Assembly (NCBI GenBank): GCA_963677745.1
Contig: OY782391.1
Coordinates: 128,001 to 192,000, forward strand
Length of the DNA stretch: 64,000 nt
Direction: 5' to 3'
DNA from: Candidatus Altimarinota bacterium
GTDB lineage: Bacteria > Patescibacteriota > Gracilibacteria > UBA1369
Shown: in pieces, positions 53,302 through 64,000 of the stretch
Layout of the letters: the number at the start of each line of letters is the position of its first letter
How positions within the stretch are numbered: the stretch's first letter is position 1
The notes under the pieces: model-generated
What the model was told of the DNA's origin: nothing
Database searches by the model: none
Seen by the model: the letters and a program-made list of their open reading frames with translations, nothing else
Translations under genes and position numbers: made by a program

Positions 53302-56300
53302 ATGAGAAATAACCGCTTTCTGCAGTCAGTCATTATTATAGTGGTTGCCCTGCTTCTGGGATTTTATAACATGCCCGGAGAAACACAAAAAACGATCTTT
53401 CCCTTCCTTCCCCAGGAATTTTATGCACAGAAAATCAATCTGGGTCTGGACTTACAGGGCGGATCACAGCTGGACTACAAAGTGGATCTCAGCAAAGTAC
53501 CTGAAAAAGACCATTCCAGCATTGTTGAAGGCATTATTAATGTTATTCAGAAAAGAGTTAACGGCCTGGGTGTAGCCGAACCGAATATTTACGCATCACA
53601 ATTTGGCGATGAAAGTCATATCATCGTTGAGTTGGCCGGCATAAAAGATTTGGACAAAGCCAAAGAAACCGTCGGCAAAACCATTCAGCTGGAATTCAAG
53701 GAGAGAAGAGATGCCCCCGATCCGGCCTACGCCGCCAAAGTGAAAGAACAGGCCGAAAAGGCCCTCCAGTCGGTAAAAGGACAGGATTTTAAAATTTTTG
53801 GTGAAGCCGAAGCCCAGTCCAATCCCGGAAAAGTAACCTATACCGAAAGTTCCGAGTGGCAATTCCAGGATCAATTGACCGGAGATCTTGGCACTGAAAC
53901 TTTCAAACTGCAGGCCGGACAAGTTTCCGACAAACTGATCGAAACCTCCAATGAATACACTCTTGATAAAGACGGTCAGATCGTCCAAAGCTCCGGTTTA
54001 AGCATTGTGAAAGTTCTGGAAAGACAGACTGCGGACAAACAAATCAACGAGCCTAAAAAGGTCAAGACCGCCCACATTCTGATCAGTTACAAAGACGCGT
54101 CGGGAGCCCCAGCTACCGTTACGCGCAATCAAGAGGAAGCACTCAAACGTGCTCAGGAAGTTTTGGCAAAAATCACTGAAAACAAACCCGATAACAGTTT
54201 TGAGAAACTCGCCAAGGAGTACTCTGACGACGCCAGCAATAAAGACAAGGGCGGCGTGATCGACGATTACATTTATGACAAGGCCGGCTACGTTCAAGAA
54301 TACAAAGACGCCAGTCTGGCCATGACCAAAGCCGGGGAAATCAGTGCAATTACCAAATCCCCTTTTGGTTTCCACATCATCAAGGCCCTGGAAATCAAAG
54401 ATCCGGTCAACAAAACCGAAAAACAGGACCAGGTTAAAATTGCCAGAATCTTCTACAACAGCACCGATGACATGTGGCAGGCCACCGACCTCAACGGTCA
54501 ATATTTCCAGAGAGCTGATATCGACTTCGACCAGCTCTTCCAGCCCCACGTGGTAATCACCTTCAACCCTGAAGGCGCCAAGATGTTTGAAGAGATCACC
54601 GGCCGCAACGTCAACAAACCTTTGGCCATTTTCGTGGGAGGCAACCTGATTTCCGCCCCCAACGTCAATGAAAAAATTGCCGGAGGAAACGCCATCATCA
54701 GCGGCCGCTTCACAGTCAAACAGGCCGAGGAACTGGCCCGCGATCTCAACACCGGAGCCATTCCCGCACCGATCGTTCTGGTAGGACAAAATAATATTGG
54801 AGCATCATTGGGACAGGACGCGCTTAACAAGAGTCTCCAGGCCGGAATAATCGGTCTGCTGCTGATCGCGCTATTCATGATCATCCTCTATCACTGGGCC
54901 GGCTTACTGGCCACCGTGGCACTCTGTTTCTATACTGTCACACTGCTCTTCCTGATCAAATCCGCCCTGCCTCTTTATGTGTCTCTGGGCATCTCCATTA
55001 TCGTCTTTGGCTACTTGGTTTACCGGGTACTGAACAGTAAAGAGTCAGGCCCTGAAAAACTGATCGCGCTGATCCTGTCCTGTTTTGTTCTGTTCTTCCT
55101 GTCCTTTCTGCTCTCGACCGCTGTGGTACTGACACTTGCCGGTATTGCCGGTGTAGTTTTGTCCATAGGTATGGCCGTAGATGCCAACATCCTGATTTTC
55201 GAAAGAGTTAAAGAAGAACTTCGTGACGGCCGCCCCATCGAATCGGCAGTTACGGTAGGTTTCGACCGCGCCTGGAGCTCCATTAAAGACTCCAACTTTT
55301 CCTCTCTGATCACCTGCGCCATCCTCTTCTATTTCGGCAGTTCCATCATCCAGGGTTTTGCCTTCAATCTGGCCGCCGGTATTCTGATCTCCATGTTCAG
55401 CGCCATCTCCATCACCAGAGTCCTGTTGGGTGGAGTACTCAATACAAAGTTGGCCCACAGCAAATATTTCTTTGGCATTCCTAAGAAACCAAGCGTGAAA
55501 TTAATGCCAATTATTGGAAAAAGAAAAGTTTTCTACAGCATTTCCATAATCACCATCATTCTTTCACTGGCCGCCCTGATGATTTTCGGCATGAATCCCA
55601 GTCTTGATTTCACCGGTGGCAGTATCATGGAATTAAAATTCGACAAAGCGATCTCCAGCGAAGAATTAAAAACGTCATTATATGAGATCCAGGACAAGAT
55701 CAACAAAGAAACGTCCGCCCTTCCCGCAGCCGCAATAACTCCCACCAGTCCCGCTGCCGCCGCATCGCTGCCGGTTGCCTCGACAGCCGTGACTACCACC
55801 AATCCTGACACAACCACTGCTGTAAAAGCAGTAGCCGCCAAACTGGATATGGGAACCATTCACGTCGTCACCCTTGGCGACATGCTCTCTATAAAATCCA
55901 GAGACTTCTCTGCCGAAGCTCACGATCTTATCCTCAAGGAATTAAAAGCTAAATACGGAAATGTTGAAGAAAAACGGTTCCAGTCAGTTGGTCCGACCAT
56001 CGGCGACTCACTCAGAAACAAAGCCCTAATCGCAGTTCTGTTGGCTTCACTTGCCATCATCTGTTACATCGCCTTTGCTTTCCGCCGCGTCCCCTCCTCT
56101 GTCGGTAAATGGAAATTCGGCATTTCCGCCATCCTGGCCCTGATTCACGATATAATCGTTCTGATTGGTGTCTATATTCTTCTGGGATTTGCCATGGGAC
56201 TGGAAATTGATGCGTTGTTTATTACGGCAGTCCTTACCATTATGGGTTTCTCTGTGCATGACACCATCGTAGTGCTGGACAGATTGCGTGAAAAATTAAA

Positions 56301-56553
56301 AGCCCCGGCCAAAGACAAGACTTTTGCCGATATCAGTAATGAAGCGGTCAATGAGACCTTTGCCCGTTCCGTAAACACCTCGTTGACGGTTGCACTTGCC
56401 CTGTTCTCCCTGGTGGTATTCGGAGCCGAAAATATCAAAGGATTCTGTCTGGCCCTGCTGATCGGTGTAATAGTCGGTACCTACTCTTCCATTTTCGTAG
56501 CCACGCCCATCCTGGTTGACTGGTACAATGCAGTACACCGGAAAAAAGAATAA
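53302..56553 (+). CDS. secDF: Fused SecD-SecF with inserted parvulin-type PPIase domains
   Basis: SecD motifs LGLDLQGG, RVNGLGVAEP, IGMAVDANILIFER; SecF motifs LDFTGG, VGPTIG, GFSVHDTIVVLDR, GTYSSIF; parvulin HILISY...LAKEYSDD..KDKGG...SPFGFHII. Confidence 0.95.
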   Translation: MRNNRFLQSVIIIVVALLLGFYNMPGETQKTIFPFLPQEFYAQKINLGLDLQGGSQLDYKVDLSKVPEKDHSSIVEGIINVIQKRVNGLGVAEPNIYASQFGDESHIIVELAGIKDLDKAKETVGKTIQLEFKERRDAPDPAYAAKVKEQAEKALQSVKGQDFKIFGEAEAQSNPGKVTYTESSEWQFQDQLTGDLGTETFKLQAGQVSDKLIETSNEYTLDKDGQIVQSSGLSIVKVLERQTADKQINEPKKVKTAHILISYKDASGAPATVTRNQEEALKRAQEVLAKITENKPDNSFEKLAKEYSDDASNKDKGGVIDDYIYDKAGYVQEYKDASLAMTKAGEISAITKSPFGFHIIKALEIKDPVNKTEKQDQVKIARIFYNSTDDMWQATDLNGQYFQRADIDFDQLFQPHVVITFNPEGAKMFEEITGRNVNKPLAIFVGGNLISAPNVNEKIAGGNAIISGRFTVKQAEELARDLNTGAIPAPIVLVGQNNIGASLGQDALNKSLQAGIIGLLLIALFMIILYHWAGLLATVALCFYTVTLLFLIKSALPLYVSLGISIIVFGYLVYRVLNSKESGPEKLIALILSCFVLFFLSFLLSTAVVLTLAGIAGVVLSIGMAVDANILIFERVKEELRDGRPIESAVTVGFDRAWSSIKDSNFSSLITCAILFYFGSSIIQGFAFNLAAGILISMFSAISITRVLLGGVLNTKLAHSKYFFGIPKKPSVKLMPIIGKRKVFYSISIITIILSLAALMIFGMNPSLDFTGGSIMELKFDKAISSEELKTSLYEIQDKINKETSALPAAAITPTSPAAAASLPVASTAVTTTNPDTTTAVKAVAAKLDMGTIHVVTLGDMLSIKSRDFSAEAHDLILKELKAKYGNVEEKRFQSVGPTIGDSLRNKALIAVLLASLAIICYIAFAFRRVPSSVGKWKFGISAILALIHDIIVLIGVYILLGFAMGLEIDALFITAVLTIMGFSVHDTIVVLDRLREKLKAPAKDKTFADISNEAVNETFARSVNTSLTVALALFSLVVFGAENIKGFCLALLIGVIVGTYSSIFVATPILVDWYNAVHRKKE

Positions 56554-56574
56554 TTTAACATTCGATCAATTAGG

Positions 56575-56605
56575 AGAAGGCCCCGCTGCGCGGGGCCTTC
56601 TTTTG
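56575..56605 (+). terminator. Intrinsic terminator after secDF
   Basis: AGAAGGCCCCGC-TGC-GCGGGGCCTTCT followed by TTTG. Confidence 0.85.
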
Positions 56606-56676
56606 TTATTTTCCCCTTCCTCCGAAAATTGCTAATGACAATTGATCAATTTTCGCCTAATATCCCAATGTTTCAG

Positions 56677-56754
56677 GCGCCAGTAGCTCAGCTGGATTAG
56701 AGCGTCGGTCTTCGGAACCGAAGGTCGGGGGTTCGAGCCCCTCCTGGCGCACCA
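56677..56754 (+). tRNA. tRNA-Arg(TCG)
   Basis: Arm TCGGT-CT-TCG-GA-ACCGA; encoded CCA. Confidence 0.95.
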
Positions 56755-56814
56755 TATTGATATAGAACGGCTGTCCTTGCTCCGTTCAACATTTAAAAAC
56801 ATGCTGTTTTCACC

Positions 56815-57930
56815 ATGTCAAAAATTATTTCCCCCAATTCGGTCCGGCAACTGGAAAATTTGACCGGAACAAAAATACCCGATAAAAACAAATCCGGCCT
56901 GCAACGGATAATGAAAGATATGCCCGTCCGACTTACCGGACAGTTGGCCGGACTTTGCCGTCACTCGCCCGCGCTGGCCCGCCAATTTTTACCCGACATC
57001 GGTGAACTTTCCGGACAGGGAATAAAACAAACCTGGGTGGGAATTCTTGATACCGGTATTCCCGGGCTGGAAAGAATGTATCTGGACCGCTGCATAATTC
57101 TGCCCTACAACCAATGCCCGGCCTACTGCCGTTTCTGTTTCAGAAAATTCCATGCCCACCGGTCCCGACCGCCTCTCAGTCACGAGGAAATTAATCGTGC
57201 TCTCGATTACATCCAAAAAGATCCCCGGATACAAAGCGTGCTGGTTACCGGCGGAGACCCTCTGATGGATTTACCAAGACTGGAATATGTCCTCAGGGGA
57301 CTGCGAAAAATAGAGCATTTGCAGGATATCCGGATCGGAACGCGTTCAATCCTTTATCAACCGGAAAAATTCAATAATTCTCTGATCAAATTATTGCTTC
57401 GCTTTCACCATCCCGAAACAGACCGCCCCCTGGAAATAGCCACTCATTTCAACCACCCCGACGAACTGACTCCACCGGCCAAAAAAGCGATTCTGAAACT
57501 GAATAAAGCCAACATCCGCCTCTACAACCAGACTGTTTTACTTAAAGGTATTAACGATCAGGCGGAAATCCTGCAAAGCCTCTTTAGAAAACTTCATCTG
57601 CTGGGTGTAGAAAATTATTATCTTTTCCACTGCGAACCGGTACGCGGTATCGGGCATCTGCGCACCACCATTCAAAAAGGAATTAATATCAAAAAAACAC
57701 TTCGGGAAAAATCCAGCGGGAGAATCAATCCCCATTACATGATCTGTACCAGGATTGGCAAAGTGGAAATCGGTGTGGACGGCTATATCGAAAAAAAAGA
57801 GGGTCGATCCGTCTGGATCAAGACCCCCTATAATATTTCCACTTTTCGTTCCGTTCAAGCCGGCTTCCGGTTGCCCGCCGGTATCTGCAAAACAGACAAC
57901 AGAGGCTACATTTCTACCAAGTATTTATAA
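56815..57930 (+). CDS. KamA-family radical SAM/PLP aminomutase-like protein
   Basis: CPAYCRFCFRK, LVTGGDPL, IRIGTR, THFNHPDEL, NQTVLLKGIND. Confidence 0.9.
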   Translation: MSKIISPNSVRQLENLTGTKIPDKNKSGLQRIMKDMPVRLTGQLAGLCRHSPALARQFLPDIGELSGQGIKQTWVGILDTGIPGLERMYLDRCIILPYNQCPAYCRFCFRKFHAHRSRPPLSHEEINRALDYIQKDPRIQSVLVTGGDPLMDLPRLEYVLRGLRKIEHLQDIRIGTRSILYQPEKFNNSLIKLLLRFHHPETDRPLEIATHFNHPDELTPPAKKAILKLNKANIRLYNQTVLLKGINDQAEILQSLFRKLHLLGVENYYLFHCEPVRGIGHLRTTIQKGINIKKTLREKSSGRINPHYMICTRIGKVEIGVDGYIEKKEGRSVWIKTPYNISTFRSVQAGFRLPAGICKTDNRGYISTKYL

Positions 57931-58494
57931 GAGCGTCTCAACCGAATCATCAACCGGCTGGGTTGTTGTGTCCGGGGTAGTGGTAGTGGTATCAGTGGTA
58001 GTAGTGCCGGGAGTGGTTGTCGTGGTTGTTGTAGTCGTAGCAGGCGTCGTAACGGCAGGAGTGGTTTCGGCTGCAGCCGGTCTCAACCGGTTATCTGCTG
58101 CGGTCTTGGTTTCAACAGTTGTGAAGAAATTCACAAAATACTTTGGATATTGGTCATAACACATAATTGTATAGGCAACCTCGTATTTATCCAGGGATTT
58201 CCCATCGTCCATTTTATTAACAAGATGTTCGCAATGGTTTTCCGTAATTTGTTTCAGTTCTTCGGGAATCACAATGGTCTCCTTAACATCTGCTGTTTTT
58301 GTCACCTTATGATTTCTAATGAAACGCCAATCCGGAGTTGCTGTCCCGTCTGTCGCATTAGCCACCACATCAATATTTAAAAGGAAAGCAGCCAGGTTCT
58401 TCTGTAAGTCGGTATTGGTATTTACCAGCCAGAATCCCATCCCGACCAGCATTACCGGAACCAGTACCAGAGCAATTTTTCTTTTATTCAACAT
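57925..58494 (-). CDS. Membrane-anchored hypothetical protein with Thr-rich tail
   Basis: N-terminal TM, two Cys, C-terminal poly-Thr. Confidence 0.75.
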   Translation of the reverse strand: MLNKRKIALVLVPVMLVGMGFWLVNTNTDLQKNLAAFLLNIDVVANATDGTATPDWRFIRNHKVTKTADVKETIVIPEELKQITENHCEHLVNKMDDGKSLDKYEVAYTIMCYDQYPKYFVNFFTTVETKTAADNRLRPAAAETTPAVTTPATTTTTTTTTPGTTTTDTTTTTPDTTTQPVDDSVETLL

Positions 58495-58603
58495 ATTTTT
58501 GTTTTGTTATGTTTTCTGATGATTATAGCACAAATTCAGCCTTTTAAAAAGACCTTTACAGCGCAATAAACCTAATTCATCCCGAACAGACCCGACTGAG
58601 CTT

Positions 58604-59065
58604 TTAGCGCTTCACAACAACCAGTGTCTTGGTTAATTTGTCGTGAAGTCCCTGCCTCTTTTTGTTCAATAAAACCGGTAAAAAGCCCAATCCCAGAGGC
58701 AGCCAGCAAAGATAAAAACCGAACAGACGCAAAACAGCCGTCACCCATCCGAGCCTGGCGCCGTTATAGTCAACAATGCTGATCTTTAAAAGCATCATTC
58801 CCAATGTTCTGGAAAACAGCCCCCACATCACCACAAAATACACTGGTAACACAGCTACCAGCCATACTCCATCAAAAGTACCTAAAAAATAGAATGCTTC
58901 CTGCCAATTCCCGCCGGCCAGCAGAGTCATAACCCTGCCTGATCCCGGCACAATCAACAGTACCAGCGTCAAAATTAAAATTTTATCAACAGCCAATGCT
59001 GCCAACCTCAAATACCAGGCCGCATATTTGAAATTATTGGTAGTTATTCTGATTCCTTCGGTCAT
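58604..59065 (-). CDS. RDD-family membrane protein
   Basis: YAAWYLRLAALAVD, TLGM, RQGLHDKLTKTLVV. Confidence 0.9.
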   Translation of the reverse strand: MTEGIRITTNNFKYAAWYLRLAALAVDKILILTLVLLIVPGSGRVMTLLAGGNWQEAFYFLGTFDGVWLVAVLPVYFVVMWGLFSRTLGMMLLKISIVDYNGARLGWVTAVLRLFGFYLCWLPLGLGFLPVLLNKKRQGLHDKLTKTLVVVKR

Positions 59066-59165
59066 ATATTAATTTTTAATATTACTAGAACAAACTATCA
59101 AAAATATCGGCAATTGTCATCATCTGTCCGCCGGTGTATATTCTGAACATCTAATTTTCCAACTT

Positions 59166-59471
59166 ATGGCAGGAGAATATATCCAAGCCGACACAATCAA
59201 GGATTACTGGAAACAACTCAAATCCTATTATCTGGCCGGCAGCTCATTGTACCAGGAGATCGACCAACAGACCTATGATTTGCTGGAAAGGGGCGAACGC
59301 GAAGACAGTGACAACCACCTCAATTTTGAAAGACTGGGCTCAGACACGAAGGTCGTAGACGTGGCTTTTTACAAATATCTTCCGGACAGTAAAATCGCCT
59401 ATCGCATCCATATAGTCGATGAATCCGGCGCACAGGAAGATCATTTCTTCATAATCAACAGTTTCAGCTAG
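59166..59471 (+). CDS. Hypothetical acidic protein
   Basis: 101-aa ORF with ATG start, convergent with and overlapping the next gene by 4 nt. Confidence 0.65.
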   Translation: MAGEYIQADTIKDYWKQLKSYYLAGSSLYQEIDQQTYDLLERGEREDSDNHLNFERLGSDTKVVDVAFYKYLPDSKIAYRIHIVDESGAQEDHFFIINSFS

Positions 59472-59929
59472 GACTGATCCCGTGAACTACTGGAAGATCC
59501 CTTTCCGTTTCCGCCAAAAATACTTTGTTCCAGAAATTTGGCCAGTTCTTCGTTGGTCATTTTTTCTATAACTTTTTTCTCGGCAAAATACAGGCTCAGC
59601 AGATCCAGAGCCTCTCTCCATAACCCGTCATATTGGGAGGCAGTAACCCCCAGCATCGGACGAATCAATTGGCCACGGCCTTCGGAGATCAGTTTAAGAA
59701 AGAAAGCCTTATTGCGTCTCAGACAGATCAGTAAAGCCTTCCGTTCCAGCATTAAATAGTCAAAAAGCAGTTTTTTTTGCCAGTCCGCTTCAAAATTATA
59801 CTTTTCGGCCAGTTTTTCAAAACCATTATTCAGATAAAACTCCAGCAAACAGTCCCCCTGTGCCGTAAGGAACATTTTCATTTCGATGGACAAGGCCTGT
59901 TTTTCGCTAAGATAAGAATAACGATTCAC
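59468..59929 (-). CDS. Hypothetical protein
   Basis: 153-aa ORF with GTG start; no recognised motif. Confidence 0.65.
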   Translation of the reverse strand: MNRYSYLSEKQALSIEMKMFLTAQGDCLLEFYLNNGFEKLAEKYNFEADWQKKLLFDYLMLERKALLICLRRNKAFFLKLISEGRGQLIRPMLGVTASQYDGLWREALDLLSLYFAEKKVIEKMTNEELAKFLEQSIFGGNGKGSSSSSRDQS

Positions 59930-60034
59930 TTTGCGGATTTATTAAAGAGGTGATTCTACTCACTTCTACTCATTCTGTCAATGCTAATCCTAAAAGGATG
60001 ACTGTACCAACTATAAAAATGCTAAAATAGCCGC

Positions 60035-60439
60035 ATGAAAAATACCTGTAAACATGACTCTCCCGCTCCTGACAAAAAAGCTCCGAAAAGGGAGTCGTTG
60101 TTATCATTTTTCCAATGCTGTATGACCGATACGCCCGCTCCGCTCCCTGAAAAACTGCTGAAACTACGGGAATCTCTGCAACAGCCCCAAATCGCTGAAA
60201 GTATTTACCGTCCGGGACAACCTTTCGTCATCAGCGAAGAGATGATAGTGGGCGACTTGCTCTTCAATTTCCCGCAACTGCACGAATATTTTCAGGAAAA
60301 ACATCCACTGGGACTGCTCTCCCCCGTTCTCGACCGGACTTCCCTGGAAATGTATTTCGCCGACCTGCCTGTGAAAATCGATGACATCTGTAGAGATTTA
60401 TCTGATTTAATTAACTTCAATAACCAGAACAATGCCTGA
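60035..60439 (+). CDS. Hypothetical protein with C-terminal DUF1858-like domain
   Basis: ISEEMIVGDLLFNFPQL...TSLE...IDDICRDL resembles DUF1858; overlaps the priA start. Confidence 0.55.
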   Translation: MKNTCKHDSPAPDKKAPKRESLLSFFQCCMTDTPAPLPEKLLKLRESLQQPQIAESIYRPGQPFVISEEMIVGDLLFNFPQLHEYFQEKHPLGLLSPVLDRTSLEMYFADLPVKIDDICRDLSDLINFNNQNNA

Positions 60440-62471
60440 GCTTTATGCGGAAATATTGTTACCCAGAAAAATGTCCGGGAGCCAGGAAACGCTTACCTAT
60501 GTTATTCCCCCGGAACTTGAGGGAAAAATAAACAGAGGCAATCTGGTGGAAATCCCCCTTAAAAACAACCTGATCAGGGGTATTGTCTGGCAAATTCACA
60601 ATCTGAAACCCCTCTTCAAAACACGCCCGATCGCCAGAACAATCGATGATTTTTTCGGCCTGACCGATATTCAGCTGGACTTGTTGAAATACATTTCCAG
60701 ACAGCATTTTTGCCCGCTTTATAAAGTTTTGAAACTGTTTTATCCCGTTAACGTTTTTTCACGTAAAAGAGAAAAGAAAGTTGAGAAACCGCCTCTGGAC
60801 GACTTCACCGCTCCCCTCACCCAGCTGACGCTGACTGCGGAACAGGAAAAGGCCTTGCAGCAGATTAATGAGTCGTCTTCCGGCCGTTTTTTGCTTCACG
60901 GCATCACCGGCTCCGGAAAAACCGAAATATACCGCAGGCTGACAAGTAAACTACTTAAACAGGAGCAACAGGTGCTGATTCTGATACCCGAAATTTCTCT
61001 GACTCCCCAGACCGTAAATAACTTTGAAAAACAATTCGGAAAAAACATTGCCATTCTGCATTCACGACTTACTCCCGCCGAAAAAATCGATTATCTGACC
61101 AACATCGCCCGCGGTCATTATCAGATTATCATTGGTTCGCGTTCAGCCATTTTTGCTCCTTTCCCCAATCTGGGACTGATTATCATAGATGAAGAGCACG
61201 AAGATTCCTACAAACAGGACCAGGCTCCCCGCTACCATGCCAGAGAAATCGCGGAAAAAATCGCAGAAATAATGGCCGCCCGGAAAACTCCCATCAAAGT
61301 AATCAACGGCTCGGCCACACCTTCCGTAGAAACTTATTTTCAGGCGCTGGCGGGACAGCTGGAACTGGTGGAAATGCCCAGCCGCATTCCTCACAAAACA
61401 GCCACCCGTGCCCTGCCTACCATTCATCTGGTCGACCTGCGCGAAGAAATGCGTAAAAAAAATTATTCAATTTTCAGTGAGCTGCTGCAGCAAAAAATTG
61501 AACAGAATCTGGATCGGCACGAACAAACGATACTTTTTCTGAACCGCCGCGGAGCCGCCTCGGCCGTTATCTGCCGTGATTGTGGCCACATCGAGGAATG
61601 TCCCCGCTGCAATGTGCCCCTCACCTATCATTCCCGTGTGACTGTGGAATACAACATTCTACCCGCCCAGAGACTGATCTGTCACCACTGCGGCAAAATT
61701 TTCAAAATTCCCGAGATTTGCGGTGACTGCGGCAGCCACCGCATCAAATATCTGGGACTGGGCACCCAAAAAATCGAAGAAGAACTTTTAAAGCGCTTTC
61801 CGCAGGCCCGGGTCATGCGTGCCGATCGCGACACCACCTCCAAAAAAGATGACTTTGAAAAAATCTACCACGCTTTTAAAAAGGGAGAGGCCGATATTCT
61901 GATCGGCACGCAAATGATCGGAAAGGGGCTGCATTTGCCCCAGGTTACACTGGTAGGCATAGTATTAGCCGACACCGGTCTGACCATCCCCGATTTCCGG
62001 TCCGCCGAAAAAACCTTCCAGCTGATCACTCAGGTTGCCGGCCGGTCGGGACGGGAAAAACCCGGAGAGGTTGTTATACAGACCTATCTGCCCGGCCATT
62101 ACGCCATCCAGAGCACCCTCACCAATGATTTCACGGGTTTTTACCGGCAGGAAATCCGCCACCGGGAAAGCGGTCAGTTCCCGCCCTTTCAGAGACTGGC
62201 CAAACTGACGATCGAAAATCTGGATCAGCAAAAAACCTATTTTCTCAGCCACCAGCTGTTTGCTGATCTGCAGAGCTTCCGTCAGGAACAGTCCGGACTG
62301 CTGAACGACATTACGCTTTTCCCGGCCTTCATCCCCCGCCTCAAGAACAAATACCGCTGGCACATTTTATTGTCCGGAAAGGATCCGCAGCTCTTTTTGG
62401 AAAATTTTTTCTTACATAAACCGGCCGGAAATGGTATAAAAATTGACGTAGATCCGCTCCACACCATTTGA
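60432..62471 (+). CDS. priA: Primosomal protein N'
   Basis: LLHGITGSGKTE, DEEH, SATP, two CxxC pairs, GTQMIGKG, QVAGRSGR, IDVDP. Confidence 0.97.
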   Translation: MPELYAEILLPRKMSGSQETLTYVIPPELEGKINRGNLVEIPLKNNLIRGIVWQIHNLKPLFKTRPIARTIDDFFGLTDIQLDLLKYISRQHFCPLYKVLKLFYPVNVFSRKREKKVEKPPLDDFTAPLTQLTLTAEQEKALQQINESSSGRFLLHGITGSGKTEIYRRLTSKLLKQEQQVLILIPEISLTPQTVNNFEKQFGKNIAILHSRLTPAEKIDYLTNIARGHYQIIIGSRSAIFAPFPNLGLIIIDEEHEDSYKQDQAPRYHAREIAEKIAEIMAARKTPIKVINGSATPSVETYFQALAGQLELVEMPSRIPHKTATRALPTIHLVDLREEMRKKNYSIFSELLQQKIEQNLDRHEQTILFLNRRGAASAVICRDCGHIEECPRCNVPLTYHSRVTVEYNILPAQRLICHHCGKIFKIPEICGDCGSHRIKYLGLGTQKIEEELLKRFPQARVMRADRDTTSKKDDFEKIYHAFKKGEADILIGTQMIGKGLHLPQVTLVGIVLADTGLTIPDFRSAEKTFQLITQVAGRSGREKPGEVVIQTYLPGHYAIQSTLTNDFTGFYRQEIRHRESGQFPPFQRLAKLTIENLDQQKTYFLSHQLFADLQSFRQEQSGLLNDITLFPAFIPRLKNKYRWHILLSGKDPQLFLENFFLHKPAGNGIKIDVDPLHTI

Positions 62472-62478
62472 TAAAAAC

Positions 62479-64000
<1,522 letters not shown>

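Overview
Core-chromosome window of a bacterium using genetic code 11. It is most consistent with Patescibacteria/CPR, probably Peregrinibacteria-like; this is inferred from the PrgI + TraC-like + VirB4 genes dispersed among housekeeping genes, the split rrn locus, tRNA-Arg(UCG) and an SLH-bearing S41 protease. It contains about 50 CDSs (lepA, hemW, clpP, rlmI, mutM, radA, tatD, prfA, prmC, rpsU, gyrB, gyrA, rpmE2, tgt, ruvA, pyk, ruvC, pilD, manC, secDF, priA, trpS, partial pyrG), 8 tRNAs and one set of 16S, 23S and 5S rRNA genes. No transposase, integrase, phage gene or CRISPR array was seen. Main oddities: (1) the rrn locus is split into three separately promoted units, with four CDSs between 16S and 23S, two of them tandem orphan paralogues each bounded by a copy of the hemW 3' end; (2) SecDF carries parvulin PPIase domains in its periplasmic loop plus two extra TM helices; (3) an orphan peptide-binding protein, a HAMP/PP2C phosphatase and a catalytically dead HtrA lie together, possibly as a sensing module; (4) TGT has lost all four zinc ligands; (5) the 23S rRNA has a ~90-nt insertion near H54; (6) a KamA-like radical SAM enzyme has altered substrate residues; (7) GyrA has Leu at the position equivalent to D87. 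All assignments come from motif recognition by eye; no searches were run.
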